From Octopus sinensis (Eukaryota), in the NCBI RefSeq assembly GCF_006345805.1, contig NC_042999.1, positions 40,114,001-40,178,000 of the forward strand: DNA of 64,000 bases. The letters run 5' to 3'. The notes beneath the pieces are model-generated. The model did no database searches. It saw only the letters and a list, made by a program, of their open reading frames with translations, and was not told the origin of the DNA. Position 1 is the first letter of the stretch, and every line of letters begins with the position of its first letter. This document shows positions 26,643 through 40,596 of this stretch, piece by piece. The translations under genes were made by a program, and so were the position numbers.

Positions 26643-27806
26643 GTTATTAGTCGTGTTAGTATTTTATTAATATTATTATTATTATTATTATTAATGTTAT
26701 TAGTCGTGTTAGTATTTTTAATTTTTTTTAATTTTCATATTGTTGGTATACCTTTTGCTATTGTTTGTATTATTGTTGATTATTTTTGTATGAATCTTAA
26801 CATTGTTTCTGTTTTTTTTATATTATTGGTGGTAATCTTATCTATGTTGTTAATATTGTTGGTGTAGTTGCTAGTTTCGTTTGGGATGTGGTTAGTGTTA
26901 TGAATATTATATTGTGCATTTATGTTATTCCGGCATATTGGTCTAGGTCTAAGTATTTAAATCTTTTGCTTACAGCATACTTTATCTAATGCGCTATTGT
27001 AGATTGCCTTATACTTATTGAAAATAGCTTGGTTGGAAGAGAGACCTGAAAATCTATTGCTAATATTTTGTACCAATCCTCTCTTAATAAAGTTCGCATG
27101 GTTACTGGATGCATTTATGTATTTGAGGTTAGTTTTAGGCTTTATGTAGGGTTCGGGGATCCCTGTAGGTGGGTTGCAGTTGGCGTCTAAGTAGTTTACA
27201 GAGTTGTGTTCGTTTTTTATAGTAATAGTTATGCCAAATGTTTTAAAGAATTTGTGTAACTTTTTCTTAACGAGTTCTAATCTCCTATTTGAGGGTTTTT
27301 TAAGTATGAATAGTGCGTCGTCCCTATATAATCCACCCTTCAGTTCTGGGAATTCTTCCTGCAGGTATGATAGCAAATAGATGCCCACTTGGTCTCTTAC
27401 ATGTGCTGTATCTTTTCTTGCTCAAAGTTTATTATCGAAACTTATTACTGATTTCCTCGCATCTAATATTACGTTAATTTCCTTTATATTTAATTGGGTA
27501 TGATTTTTGGCGAAGATAAGAACACTGTTACTAAGAACACAGGATATTAAGATTAATAGATTAGTACTAGTCTTTCATGTCTATTTGTAGGAATTTGTAG
27601 TTTATGTAGTACTGAATTTTTGGAGAAGCAGTTTAGGGCTTCATGTATGTTGGACCATAGTTCTAGGGCTATCGTATTCTTTAACTTAGGGATATAATTG
27701 TCTAAAGTTAATTTACTTCATTTACATAGATCTGACTTATTGGGGCATATTAATTTAACTTTCGTATTCGTCAAGAAGTTAGGTTCACGGTGTTTTAGCG
27801 TAATGC

Positions 27807-27880
27807 GAGGTCTGGAAGGTACACAGAAACGATCGTAAACTCATTCTTAATATTCACCTTTCTTAACTAATTAAATAATG
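27807..27880 (+). repeat. Inverted copy of the second PLE's terminal segment with a hammerhead 3' half
   Basis: ggtacacaGAAAcgatcgTAaactcattc...cacctttcttaactaattaaata is the reverse complement (diverged) of 23765-23826. Confidence 0.75.
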
Positions 27881-27975
27881 GCTGCCTAGCACAAAAGTTA
27901 CGTTTCTTATTGTTATTTTTCCTCCATTTTCTTTTCGTCCATATGTCATATATATACATATATACACACATACTT

Positions 27976-28026
<51 letters not shown>

Positions 28027-28520
28027 ATGTGTATAAAATATAATAACATACATATATATATATATAACATATGTATAAAATATAATATAATATATATATA
28101 TATATGTGAATATATATATATATATATAATATATATATATAAGCCTACATGCATTCGTATATATACATGTATGTATGCACACATGCGTGTACAGTAACCA
28201 TTACCTGAGTATGTTGCATATATGTGTGCACGCGTTTGTCATTGTATGCTCAGGATTGTATCTGCCTATCTAACTACGTAGGTGTCATGATTATATATAT
28301 ATTTCTCTCTATCGGAAGCAAAGAATTACTGCAGCAGGAAGAGAGAAATATATTGTCATGACAAACGATGATATTGATGAAATGCATGCATAAATCACTA
28401 ATCTTGCGGCAACGTCTGCCGAGGAAACACCAGAATATATAAGATATCAGATAATAAATAATAATCAGCAGAAATATAAACATAAAACTATAACATGCAT
28501 ACATACAAAATGTATATATA

Positions 28521-28579
<59 letters not shown>

Positions 28580-29088
28580 ATACTAAGCAATAAGGGTTTA
28601 GCAACGAGTTGCCTTACCACATACCGAATTTAGAAATAGCAGTCAAAGGGTTATAGCTATTTCTTCTACTAAAAAGGGAGATCTCAGTAAAAACAGCATT
28701 TGGAAGGCAGACACATGTATATTTATACATCTGCATATATATTCATACAGACACACACACATATATATGTATATATATATACACACACATACATATATGG
28801 ATATATATATATATATGGATATAATTATATATATGTATCTATGTGTATACACAAACAAATATATGTATCTGTATATATGCTTGTAAATATATATATATAT
28901 ATTATATATTATATATATATATGTATATATATATATACTTATATATATATATATACATGTATATATATATACTTATATATATATATATTATATATATATA
29001 TATTATATATATATATTATATATATATATATGATTGTGTGTATATATGTATATATATATATAATATATATATATATATATACATATAC

Positions 29089-29161
<73 letters not shown>

Positions 29162-29689
29162 GTGTATATAAACGTGCGTGTGTGAGCGCACGAGGGTACA
29201 AGTGCGTGCGTGTGTAGGCCTGTATAGTACACTGTTTCCAACTGATGTCTTGTATTTATAGAACTTAAGTGCTGAATGTGTGCAGGAAATCATGTGTGAA
29301 CATGAAATGGATTCATAATAATGATCGACCAGTGACATGATTGATTGTGTTGTAAATATATCATAGACTTACTCAGTGATGTGCCAATACTGAAGCGGTG
29401 TTGTCATCACTTTCATATACACTATCACATGCACAAGAACGAGTATTCTGGCTATATTTGTATATAGGGAAATATAAGAAATATATACAAATGTGTCCAT
29501 AAACCCATGGATTCAAAACTACACGCATATCTCAATATATATCGGTGTCTGGTTATGTATAGAACTAACAACGTATATGGTATATATGCGTATATATATA
29601 AAATACACATACATAACACACATACTCAGGTGGATAAATATATAGATGCATAGAGATATGTATATGTACGTATATAATTATGGTATATA

Positions 29690-29734
<45 letters not shown>

Positions 29735-29769
29735 TATGTACAATATGTAATTTATATATATATATATTT

Positions 29770-32700
29770 TTTTCTAGTTTCAGCTCAGAGCTGCGGCCAT
29801 GCTGATGCACCGCCGTTTTGTGCTACACTGTTATTACGACGATCCTCGTCTAATACGTAGCACTTGGTGAAGAATGGAGTTTGATACAGCTACTCTCATT
29901 TGCACCTCTTGCCGTGTGGTAGGTTCATCTGGGTCTCTTGACAGGAAGATGTCCAGCTTTGATTTAAAAACCGCTACATCTACTTTGTGCAAGTTCCTCA
30001 GACTCTTTGAGAGTTTATTAAAAAGCTGTGGGCCCTTGAAACCCAGGCTGTTGCAGAAGCTGGTCCTGAAGCGTGATGGCATTGCTGGGATCTTTGGCAC
30101 TATGTAGTGTCGTCCCGTTCTAGCATTGGTGTAGCTTACAATGCCAAAATTTGGCACAATTCCTTCCAGGATCTTCCAGACATATATTATTGCATACCTC
30201 TCCCGTCATCTCTCCAGGGAGTAGAGTCTTAGCTGTTTCAAACTTTCCCAGTAGCTGAACTGTTGCAAAGAGACGATCTTCTTTGTGAATCTTCTCTGGA
30301 TTGCTTCAAGGTCCGCTGTTAAATTTACACTGGTGGGTGACCATAGCTGTGAGCAGTAATCCAGGCGACTGAGGACGAATGTCCGCCAGAGGACCATCAT
30401 GGTTTCCTTATCTCTGGTTCTGACTGTTCTTAGGATCCACCCAGCCAGTCGTCTGCACTTTGTTGCCATCCTGGTAATGTGCACTTGGAAAGAGGTATCA
30501 CTCATGTCGATACCCAGGTCCCTCACAGACTTAGGCTCTGGGATTGAAATTCCCTGTGGACCGATGTATCCTGTAAGTTTAATATTCAGTTTTGGATGCT
30601 GGTAGCGCAGGGCCTGGAATGTTTCAGCATTAAACTGCATATTATTATCCTCAGCCCATCTGTAGATTGAGTCCAACACCTGCTGCCGGTGTGCAACATC
30701 GCTGGGGTTCTGTATTTTCTGCGAGACTTTCGTATCGTCTGCATAGCTGGCCAGAGTGGCTATCCGGGCATTTGAGGGCATATCTGAGAGGGCCACTATA
30801 AAAAGCAGTGGTCCCAAGACAGTGCCCTGCGGAACACCGCTCACTATTTGTGTGTTCATAGAGGTGGCTCCATTAACCACTACTGCCTGACTCCTATCTT
30901 TCAGGAAGTCATGCAACCACACTCCAAGTTTTCCAGCTATGCCGAGGTCACGTAGTTTGTGGCATATCATACCATGATCCATCTTGTCAAAAGCTTTTGC
31001 AAAATCAAGGTAGATTACGTCCACATTTTATTTGTTGAGTAACTGCCTCAACATCCAGTCATAATGCTGTAAGAGCTGGGTCAGGCAGCTCCTACCTGTT
31101 CGAAAACCATGCTGGGTATTACTCAGCAAGTTATTTTCCTCAAGGAATGCGATTAGTTTCTTTCTGACTATCCGTTCCATGACTTTGCTGTTGTATGAAG
31201 TCAGAGAGATAGGCCTATAGTTTTTGGCATCTTCTCTACTTCCCCCTTTATGTATTGGGCATATTATTCTCTCCTTCAGCTTGCTTGGCAGTTTGCCATT
31301 CGCAAGAAAGCTCTGGAAGAGAATCTTGAGGGGTTTTGCTAGGGCATGCCTACACGCTTTGAGGAGGATGGCTGGGAAACCGTCTGGACCAGCAGCTGAG
31401 TTTGTGTCTATTTCATCTATGGCTAGTAGGACATCTTTTTCGCTAATGTCAATACATTCTATTGTAACCGTCTCGCTGGTTATAGGTGAGGCGGCAAAGA
31501 AGTCCACTGGTTCGTTCACTTGTCTGTGTTCCAACGGAGTGGTAAAGACACTTTTGAACTGGTCATTCAGCATCTCACTGATCATAGTTGGACTGTCTGT
31601 GAGGGAGCCATCCTTTTGGAGGAGGGGTCCTATCTTGTAGTGCACTGAGACTGTTTCTTTCGCGTAATGAAAGAAGGCCTTTGGGTTTGATTTAATGTTT
31701 TTTATAACCCAGGCTTCTTTGTCTGCTTTCTCCTTCACATAGGATTGTTGCAGCTTTTTTTCGATCCCCATCAGTGTTGTTTTTAGGCGGGACGTTTCGC
31801 TACTTTTGGGATGTTGGTTGGGACGATTTGCAACCTTCGTCCGTCGTCTCATGAGGATCTTCCTGTCTCTTGGAATCTTGCTCCTATTTGTTTTGGCCTT
31901 GTGCTCTGGGACATATTTCTGGCATACGGCTTGCACAGAAGACATGAAACATTCTAGTTTCATGTCAATGTCTGGCGTGGAGAGACATTCCGGCCAGTCC
32001 TCTCTGAGGATCTCTTTTTGGATCGATTTCCAATCTGCTTTGTGGAAGTTCAGATTGGAGAGATTTCGGGTGCTTCCTTTAGGCTGTATGTCTCTGGTTA
32101 CTTTCGGCCCAAACATAGACAGCTCTATTATGTTGTGATCCGAAACTGATGTCGGTGTCACTTTCACATCATGAATGATGTCCATATTGTTCGTGAAGCA
32201 GAGATCCAGAATGTTATTCGCCCTAGTTGGCTTGAGTACAACTTGCTCCATGAATAAGGCATTGGTGAGGTTGAGCAGGGACTCCACCTTTACTTGCTTG
32301 CAATGATTCATTCCTGAGAGTATGTGACCTTCGGGCCATTTGACGTTGGGGAAGTTGAAATCACCCATAAGAAATATGGTCACGTGGTGTTCCAGATTCA
32401 TGAGGATTTCTTTAATTCTTGTGAGGCAATCTTCAAACTTGCCTATGTGATTTGGGGCATCCGGTGGGCAATATGTATTGCATATGACTATATTATGTTG
32501 TCTTATGTATACAATTAAGATGTCACATACCGAATTTGAGTATGTCATCAAGACCTGGGGTATGAGGTCATCTCGGATGTATACATCAACTCCACCAAGG
32601 CTCCTTTACCTTCTGTCTGTTCGCAGTATGGCATAGTTTGGTATGTGTACTTCTGCGTCCTCTATATCAGGGTTGAGGTGAGTTTCCACAAGTGCTATGC

Positions 32701-33655
32701 ATAGGGCTTGATTACATGCAGTAAGATCTCTCAGGAATGAAATTTTGTTTCTATGTTGATGCAACAGGCCCCCAATATTTAGTAAAAGTACTGGGGTGAC
32801 GGCTGTGCAGGCGTTAGGGGAGGCCATCCCGTGTCTGTTGACTGTGGTGGTCTTGCATAGTGGTGGGCAGGGTTCCTTCTCTGTGCTTGGTGTAGCCAGG
32901 TTAGCTGCCGGACAATTCTTTCCGCCATGCATAAAAAAGACTCTTATTCAGCTGCTGCGTTGCGCAGAACATCTGAGGAGCGCACTTCGTATTTGAAAGT
33001 TTTCCTGGGAGATATTTCTTGTGTTCCCTCGGTAAAGCTTTTCTCTTTGAGTCCCCTGAAGTTCTGGCGGGGTGTCGAGTGGGCGAACCGGCAGTTTTTG
33101 CCGTCCTCACCATGCCAACATTTGCCCCGCAGGTAGAACTTACAGGTTCTTCGGTGCCTTCCAGATTTCTTCTTTCCTGAAGTGTACATGGTGGTATTGG
33201 ATCCTCCATGGGGTTCTCTACTGTGTGGTGGGTTGGGGTTTCAGCTTTGGGTGTTTTGCCTTTTCTTCCTTTTCCCTCCTTATTTTTGTTTTGAGTCCTT
33301 CCTTTTTTCTTCTGGTTTTTCTAATTTTTCTAATTTTTCATTTCTTCGTAGGACCACTGGTACAGGGGGGGCTTCCAGTTTCTGCTCCCTTGGCTCCCCT
33401 ATCCTTCACTACTTGGTCGTTCACCGGAGTAGGTGATCCATTTTCCTGAGGAACCCCTGGTTCACAGAGACTTCCGGCTTCCCTCTCTTTTTCGTCCTCT
33501 TCATCCTCATCAGCTTTGCCACAATAATTTTCAATTATGTTGTCCAGTGTTTTGATGCGTGGTCTTATAAGCATGTAAGACCGGATAAACTCATTTTTCT
33601 TCCGCTCTATCTGCTCAATGGTTCTATGAAAACCATTGTTTTTTAGCGTGTGCTA
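29770..33655 (-). mobile_element. CR1/L2-group LINE, near full length, inactivated
   Basis: ORF1 remnant with CCCH finger (CKFYLRGKCWHGEDGKNCRFAH). APE endonuclease (LLLNIGGL, LVETHL, GDFNFP, NILDLCFTN). RT (YRPISLTS, DFAKAFDK, QGTVLGP, YADD). In-frame nonsense codons at 31028-31030 and 30206-30208; 3' tail hairpin. Confidence 0.92.
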
Positions 33656-33676
33656 ATATATATATATATATATAAA

Positions 33677-33805
33677 TGGCCTGCTCGCTTAGCCAGCGGG
33701 ATGGCGTTATTTGAAGGCTAAAAAACAATGCGAAGCGCATTGTGACCAGCGATATGTAACAACATCTGATGGCCTGGTCGGTCACGGTGATCACGGTCAC
33801 GGTGA
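33677..33805 (+). mobile_element. 3' half of the 12343-type SINE
   Basis: Aligns to 12521-12631; tail has tandem tcacgg repeats. Confidence 0.8.
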
Positions 33806-34235
33806 TATATATACAAATAACAATAGGGTAATAAGAATTTATTATTACTAGTGGCCTAACACAAAAACGAATTAGTCATTATACTATATATTATTCACAT
33901 AGAAATACAATAAGAGGCTTCCAAATAGGAAAGCTGTGTGCTAGAAAGAGCAGTAGAAAACTCAAACCACCAAATAGGGATAAATTCTGGAAAGGAATGA
34001 AAATTAAAAACGTTTACCTTGGATTTTGCAGTAAATCACTAAATCATCATTAACTTTTGTATTATCCTCTCAAATTACACCAAAATCTCAGAGAATAACA
34101 ATTAATATTGTATTTATCGTCTGTGAAAATTATAGAATATAAAACAACTTTGATAAAAAATTATACCTACTTTTCTGACGGAAACAATGCCGTTCTGAAT
34201 ATCTTGGCTGCAACTGTATATATATATCATATATG

Positions 34236-34285
<50 letters not shown>

Positions 34286-34293
34286 TATATATA

Positions 34294-34410
34294 CTTTATT
34301 TTAAGCAGCAGAAAATTCAACAAAATCTGTTACTCTGAGTTTCTCGTTGCCGTTCTCAGAGTAACAGATTTTGTTGAATTTTGTTGAATTTTCTGCTGCT
34401 TAAAATAAAG
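34294..34410. repeat. Foldback inverted repeat with a partial hammerhead
   Basis: Arms 34294-34339 and 34355-34410 (the right arm has a 10-bp duplication), 15-bp spacer. Minus strand reads GAAActcagaGTA. Confidence 0.85.
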
Positions 34411-34479
34411 CATATTACTCTACCACTGGTATTTGAGTACTCTTTTTTCCACCTTGTTTCACATTTATGTGTTTACTCC

Positions 34480-34514
<35 letters not shown>

Positions 34515-35698
34515 AAGTATGATTGTGTATGTATTTACATATGTGTATTTGTGCGGGGGCATTTTCCTATATGTGTGTGGGCAAATATATGACTGCGTCA
34601 TGTGGCAGTAAATGAAGGCGAGTTCATTGGGAGCATGAAACTCCCAGAAACCAGCAAAAAGCTAAAGAACAGCCTAATGCGATGCTTGCTAAATGATATG
34701 ATTCATAACAAACGAAGTCAGCAAAAGAAAACGAACTCAACAAAAGACATTCACCCTGTTGATCCTCTTATTTTAATGATTAATCGCTACAATATATCTG
34801 GCAAATAATTACACGTTTCATTTCTTAATTGCATCTTAATTGGAAAGAAGTGGATTAATAATGCTACATGTGCCTTGCAGTATCTTGCTAGAGAGGAATT
34901 CAGTTTTGTCTTCTTTTGCATTTATCATTTTTAGTGACTTTGCTGAAGAATATGCATAACAATTTGCTGCGCATTTTCGATTATTTTTTCCAATATATGA
35001 AATAGCCTTTTTATGGATAATTCCTCTTTTGGGATGTTTTTGCAATTTATTATTATTTTACGGTTAATATATCTTGTTTTCGCTTATATATTTGATAGTT
35101 ATATTTTTGTTTATACAGTTCTATGAAAGGTGCTGTACATTGACTATTATTTACGAGACACCATGTTGATATTTTCAGCCACACAGATGGATAAGATTAT
35201 ATTACGATAAATTGTTACTACTTAAATTACTTGCGCTACTTTTACTGCAAGGGTATTTTTTTTTATTGTATTTATGTAGTTTTCAACAAGTGTATAAAAC
35301 ATATGAACACACTCCATGTGTGTATGTGCGTGAATGTTTGTGCACACACACACTCACGCACATATATATACATGCAAATCAAAAGTATAAAAGAGAAAAC
35401 TACAAAAGCCACAAGGACATACACAAGGAATGTATTAAATATGTATATGCATGCATGTGCGTCTGTGTGTGGTATACATTCACATACATAATACATACAT
35501 ACACACATACATACATGTATATATATATGTGTGTGTGTGTGTGTGTTTCTTTACGTGTTCCTTTCTGTGGAAGAGCGTAGACTCGAAACGTAAAAGACAA
35601 TTTCAATTCGCGAGCGTTAACCTAATACATGTGTTTGTTTTCTACACCATCTGTCTTCGTCTTTTGTTCTTTTTTCGTGAGCTCCCCCACACTCTCTG

Positions 35699-35842
<144 letters not shown>

Positions 35843-36771
35843 AAACACAGGAAAAACTACAAACTGGCAAAATGACCATTCCGAAATATAACAATATATA
35901 TATATATAAGGTATGCATATATTTACAAATATATATATATATATATATATACAAATTATATGTGTATATACATATATATCGTCATGATATATATACACGA
36001 ATACGTATATATGAATTAATATATAGGTGTACATATATAGAAACTTAAGCATATATGTAGACAGACAGACAGATATATCAATAGATAGATAGATAGATAT
36101 CGACATATATGCATATATACGTGTGCGCGTACGTATGTAAGTTAATAAATTATATGGGGAGGAAGAAGTCATTGAGTTAAAATATTATTTCGAGCATGAG
36201 TGTGTGCGTGCCTGTGTAAGATTAAAGTGTGAATTTGTGTGGGTGAGTGCGTGACCATGACCAATAACTTAAGAGAATAATATATTGGCTGAGAGCAGTT
36301 CTTTCTGGGACATTGGATTAGATCGTGGATATGTATAAATTTTGCGAATTTTTTTTCATAGTTGCTAAAAATGAAGATAACACCTAATAGAATATATGGA
36401 GCAAAAAATCGATCTGTAGCATTGCTATGCATACACAGATTAACAACCACACTTACACATACACATACGTATACATACGTACATGCATACATACATACAC
36501 TTCTATATGAGTCATTGTAACATTTTTTGCCTTCTTATATTTTCTATTTTTTCAACAATATATGCTGGCATTTCCTCAATGAGAGAAAGAAATATCGGTC
36601 AGTGTAAACATTATTTTGCCGATTTATCAGTATACACATCATAAGAGGGAAACAGATGGGTCAATTTCAAAATATAAGTTATATGCTCTACTACCAGATA
36701 CCATACGCATGTTCTATGCTTTACTAACGTATACCAAACGCACACATACACACACGCACACACACACACAT

Positions 36772-36812
<41 letters not shown>

Positions 36813-38859
36813 GATGTGTGTGTGTGTGTATGTGTGTGTGTGTGTATGTGTGTGTGTATGTGCGTGTGTGTATACATACATACATACATATATATATATA
36901 TATGTATGTATATATTTGCAGTTTACTGTAGAAATTATAGGTTTCTTTATCCCGCACACATATTTATATTCATAAATGCGAGAGGGACAATGTCTTATAA
37001 ATTTCAAACAGAAAAATTCAGTTCAAGATAGGATTTGATCTCATGAAGTTAGAATAATGAGCAACATCATGAAGAGGGTCAAAACTCATTTTTTCCTTGC
37101 ACTCACTCGCTGGCATAGGATAATAATTGCGTAGTATTTATGTATGTATGCATAGTAATAATAGTATTTCTGTATGTATGCAATTATGCACACAAGCATA
37201 CAAACGCTAGATATATATCTACATAGTGCATGAAAATAAAAGATAATATGCAGAGAAATATCGACGGTTTTACATATATATATATATATGTATGTATGTA
37301 TGAATATGTATATATATATATGAATGTATATATATACATATATATGTATATAATATATGTATATATATGTATATATATATGTATATATATATATATATTT
37401 GTATATAGGTATATATACATGTGTGTGTATACATATATATATAAATATGTATGTATGTATTTATATATATGTATGCATATATATATATATGTATGTATGT
37501 ATGTATATATATATACACACATTAGATTTTGTGTTTGCATTTTTGTGTGCGTGTGAAACGTAATTGTGTTTATCTGCATTATTACCTCCATATCAGCTTT
37601 TTTTTAGATTTCTCTCATAACCTATCTCCATGTAGTTTTTGTCCTGGATGGAAAATTCAGTGTTTAAGTTCAGATTTATTTGAGTACTAACATGTTTTTT
37701 TTATACAGAGCATAACTAGCTTTCACCTATTTTCATATATACAAAACAATTTTATATTAGAATAAAAACGTATACACGATAAATTGGGCCACTTGAGATC
37801 TTTTCCTTTTTTTTCATTTTCCAAGTGAATATAATTTAAGTGTAATTGAAGAATCACTGAATGAAGTATATTTTGACAAGTATATTTTGTCAAGTGTATA
37901 GTTGTTTTGAGAATATCTAATTGATTTACCTCTCTGACATAGGTAATTGAGATGACATATATATTGAATATTTCTGTTGCAGCAACTCAGTGCTAAATTT
38001 CTCTGTAATGTAGTGCATAGTAGATCAGTTTGATAACAATGATGTCCAGGTCTAAAAAAGAAAGTTTGAAGGGAACAGTAGTCATTTCCTTTTGATATCT
38101 ACATAGAAGCAAATAGGACATAACACTCACTAACCAAGACAAAAAATATATTAACGAAAATATTGTTACACGGTATGTTTATTTATATGTATAATTTTTA
38201 GTCGGCACAAATATGAAACACGCAGTTTGAAATCCAATTCCCAATTATTAAAAAAAAAAAAAATACGGCAAACCCATATACAAGAAAACAAAAATGTTCC
38301 TATTCATATTTCATACAAGCGTTTCTGGTACTTGAAACCGCGCCTTCGTTTTGGTACACAGGTCTAATTTATCGGATAGAACTTCAGAAAAAACGTTTTA
38401 AATATATTTTTTTTAAAATTTGTCTGACGACTTACTTGTACTGCCGGTAAAACCATTTACATTTCTACAGAGAATATTTATGGGTAGGTCCCATAAATTG
38501 AACAATTCCATCCAGTCAGTACCTAACAAGTTTGTTGCATTATTTGACACAAAAAACTTAAGACTCTATTTTAATTTTTTTTATTTTTTGAGAAATATAA
38601 TATTACTTATCAATCGGCCCTTAAAATGATTTTTTTGTTTTCCTGAAACTCCTCGGGCAATTTTCGAGGTATTCTGAATTTTTCCATGTTAATTTTTGAG
38701 ATGTCGCTGCGTGTATCCAATTGTAATTTACGTATGTGCTATTAATTTTCACATGCATAATTTTTGCAAATTTGTGGTCCTATTCTAATTTTGTTAATAT
38801 CGGGAAACGTATATCTACATCTATGCATGCAGGATTTTCAATATGCTCGGGGTTGGTTC

Positions 38860-39420
38860 ATTCAATTTGAATATCTCACACCCTCCGTCATAGGAGAGGA
38901 AATTTTCATCATATATTTTGACCAAATATAAATAGTGCTAGAGGGTATTAAACAGGGAATACTCTTACTGAAAATTTTCGATATAATATTAATTGTTTCA
39001 TCGAAAGAAATATCACCTGATTTCTTCGACAGAATATAATTACTGTATTTATCGTATTCGGCAGGGAATAATTTTCTTAAATGTGGTTGTAGCTTTCTTC
39101 TCGTCTGACGAGCTTCTACACTCCTCTTTGAAGATTTCTTCGTATCTTCAAATATATGCAAAGGAGGTAATCCATCTTTCAGGATTATAGCTGAATTTTT
39201 CAATTGAGTTTGCCAGGCTGTCTGATGAGTAGGAACCTGAAGTATTTTCAGACTCCTTCAACATTAAGTCCAGCAACTGTTGGTTTTTATGTTGCTGCAG
39301 TTGTAGGGGCTGCTGCTGTAATGCTGTTGTAACTAATGTTGCTACTGCTGTAGTTGCTGTCGCAACTGCACCATGGAGAACAATAATTTCCCCATGTTAA
39401 AGGATATTCCTTGGTTTTGT
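38860..39420 (-). mobile_element. Ty3/Gypsy gag remnant
   Basis: LRKLFPAEYDKYSNYILSKKSGDISFDETINIISKIF preceded by Gln-rich coding sequence, as in invertebrate Gypsy gag N-termini. No LTRs seen. Confidence 0.6.
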
Positions 39421-39899
39421 ACCAAAAAAGACAAATAAAATGACTAAACTTCAAACGCAAGCTTCGAACAAATCGTCGCCACATTTATATCCTTGTGATG
39501 GATATATAATATAACAAAGCAGAGAAGAAAGTATATACACGACGTACTACTACTGCTTTTATGCGAAACTCATAGCTCTGTATCACAGGCTCACGGTGAA
39601 CAGCTTACCAACACGAACTCCAATCCCTCACAATTCTTTGTATTATAACAATGGGTAAGTCCACCTTTTAGGGTCGGATTCCTTCCACAACATATTCCAT
39701 TAATCAATTTTGAGGATCAATTTAGGGATCATCTTCAACATTCTTGAACAGTATTTTTAAGACATCCATATATTCATTTCGACTAGTAATTGGTGGCCCT
39801 TACGTCCCTATTCCATACAAATATGTATAGATGCACTCATATATATATATATTATATATATATCTATTAAATAATATAAGACAATTATTCGGTAGCCAA

Positions 39900-39960
39900 G
39901 ATAAAACTCTGAGTTTCGGATGCCGAGGTGGAAATCCACAACACCATCTCTTCAGTTATC
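39900..39960 (-). ncRNA. Type I hammerhead ribozyme (intact core)
   Basis: gataa CTGAAGA [stem II gatg..gtgg-attt-ccac..catc c] GAAA ctc-a-gag T T ttatc; GUU triplet; stem I gataa/ttatc. Confidence 0.75.
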
Positions 39961-39988
39961 TGGCCATCTGAAAAACGCTATGAAAAAA

Positions 39989-40049
39989 GATAACCGAAGA
40001 GATGGTGTTGTGGATTTGCACCTCGGCATCCGAAACTCAGAGTTTTATC
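39989..40049 (+). ncRNA. Type I hammerhead, U4>C variant (CCGAAGA)
   Basis: Mirror of 39900-39960 with a core substitution and one stem II mismatch. Confidence 0.55.
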
Positions 40050-40541
40050 TTGGCTACCGAATAATTGTCACATATTATTTTACAGATAAATTTCCTCTAT
40101 GTATATAATATTGAGGTCTCTTTCTTTTGTTATCTTACAGTTTTTACCAATATATATGTGTATATATATATATATATATTATATATATATATATTATATA
40201 TATATATATATATACTTATGTATACATGTATTCACATTCAAATAAATATAAACACATGCATATACACGCATTCACACGCATATATACAGAGGGGAAAGCG
40301 AGAAAAAGAGTGAGTGAGTGAGTAAGAGAGAGAGAGAGATGAACAGAGATGGAAGTGAATATGTGTGTTTGTATTAATAAATTTCTGCATCGGTATATCT
40401 GAGCAGATAAATTCTGATATAAATATGCACAAATATAAATACCTGCAAAGATCCAATATATAAATATGGGTTGTGTATATGTGTATGCACCTACTTGCAT
40501 ACATACATATATATGTCTGCGTCTGTTATTCATATACATTC

Positions 40542-40596
<55 letters not shown>

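Larger units (their letters stand above)
23570..27890 (-). mobile_element. Decayed, 5'-truncated PLE related to 1-8110
   Basis: Minus strand: KVKLICPNKSDL (~27770), GGLYRDD and YINASSNH (26957-27388), and GIY-YIG remnants SFRNRK, LSRYI*ELK, LEWRILA, KRCDLCLTE (~24700-24900). Hammerhead remnants at both ends; outer boundaries approximate. Confidence 0.8.
39861..40088. repeat. Foldback inverted repeat carrying two divergent hammerheads
   Basis: Core arms 39880-39960 and 39989-40069 (2 mismatches seen), 28-bp spacer, with looser extension to 39861/40088. Confidence 0.92.
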
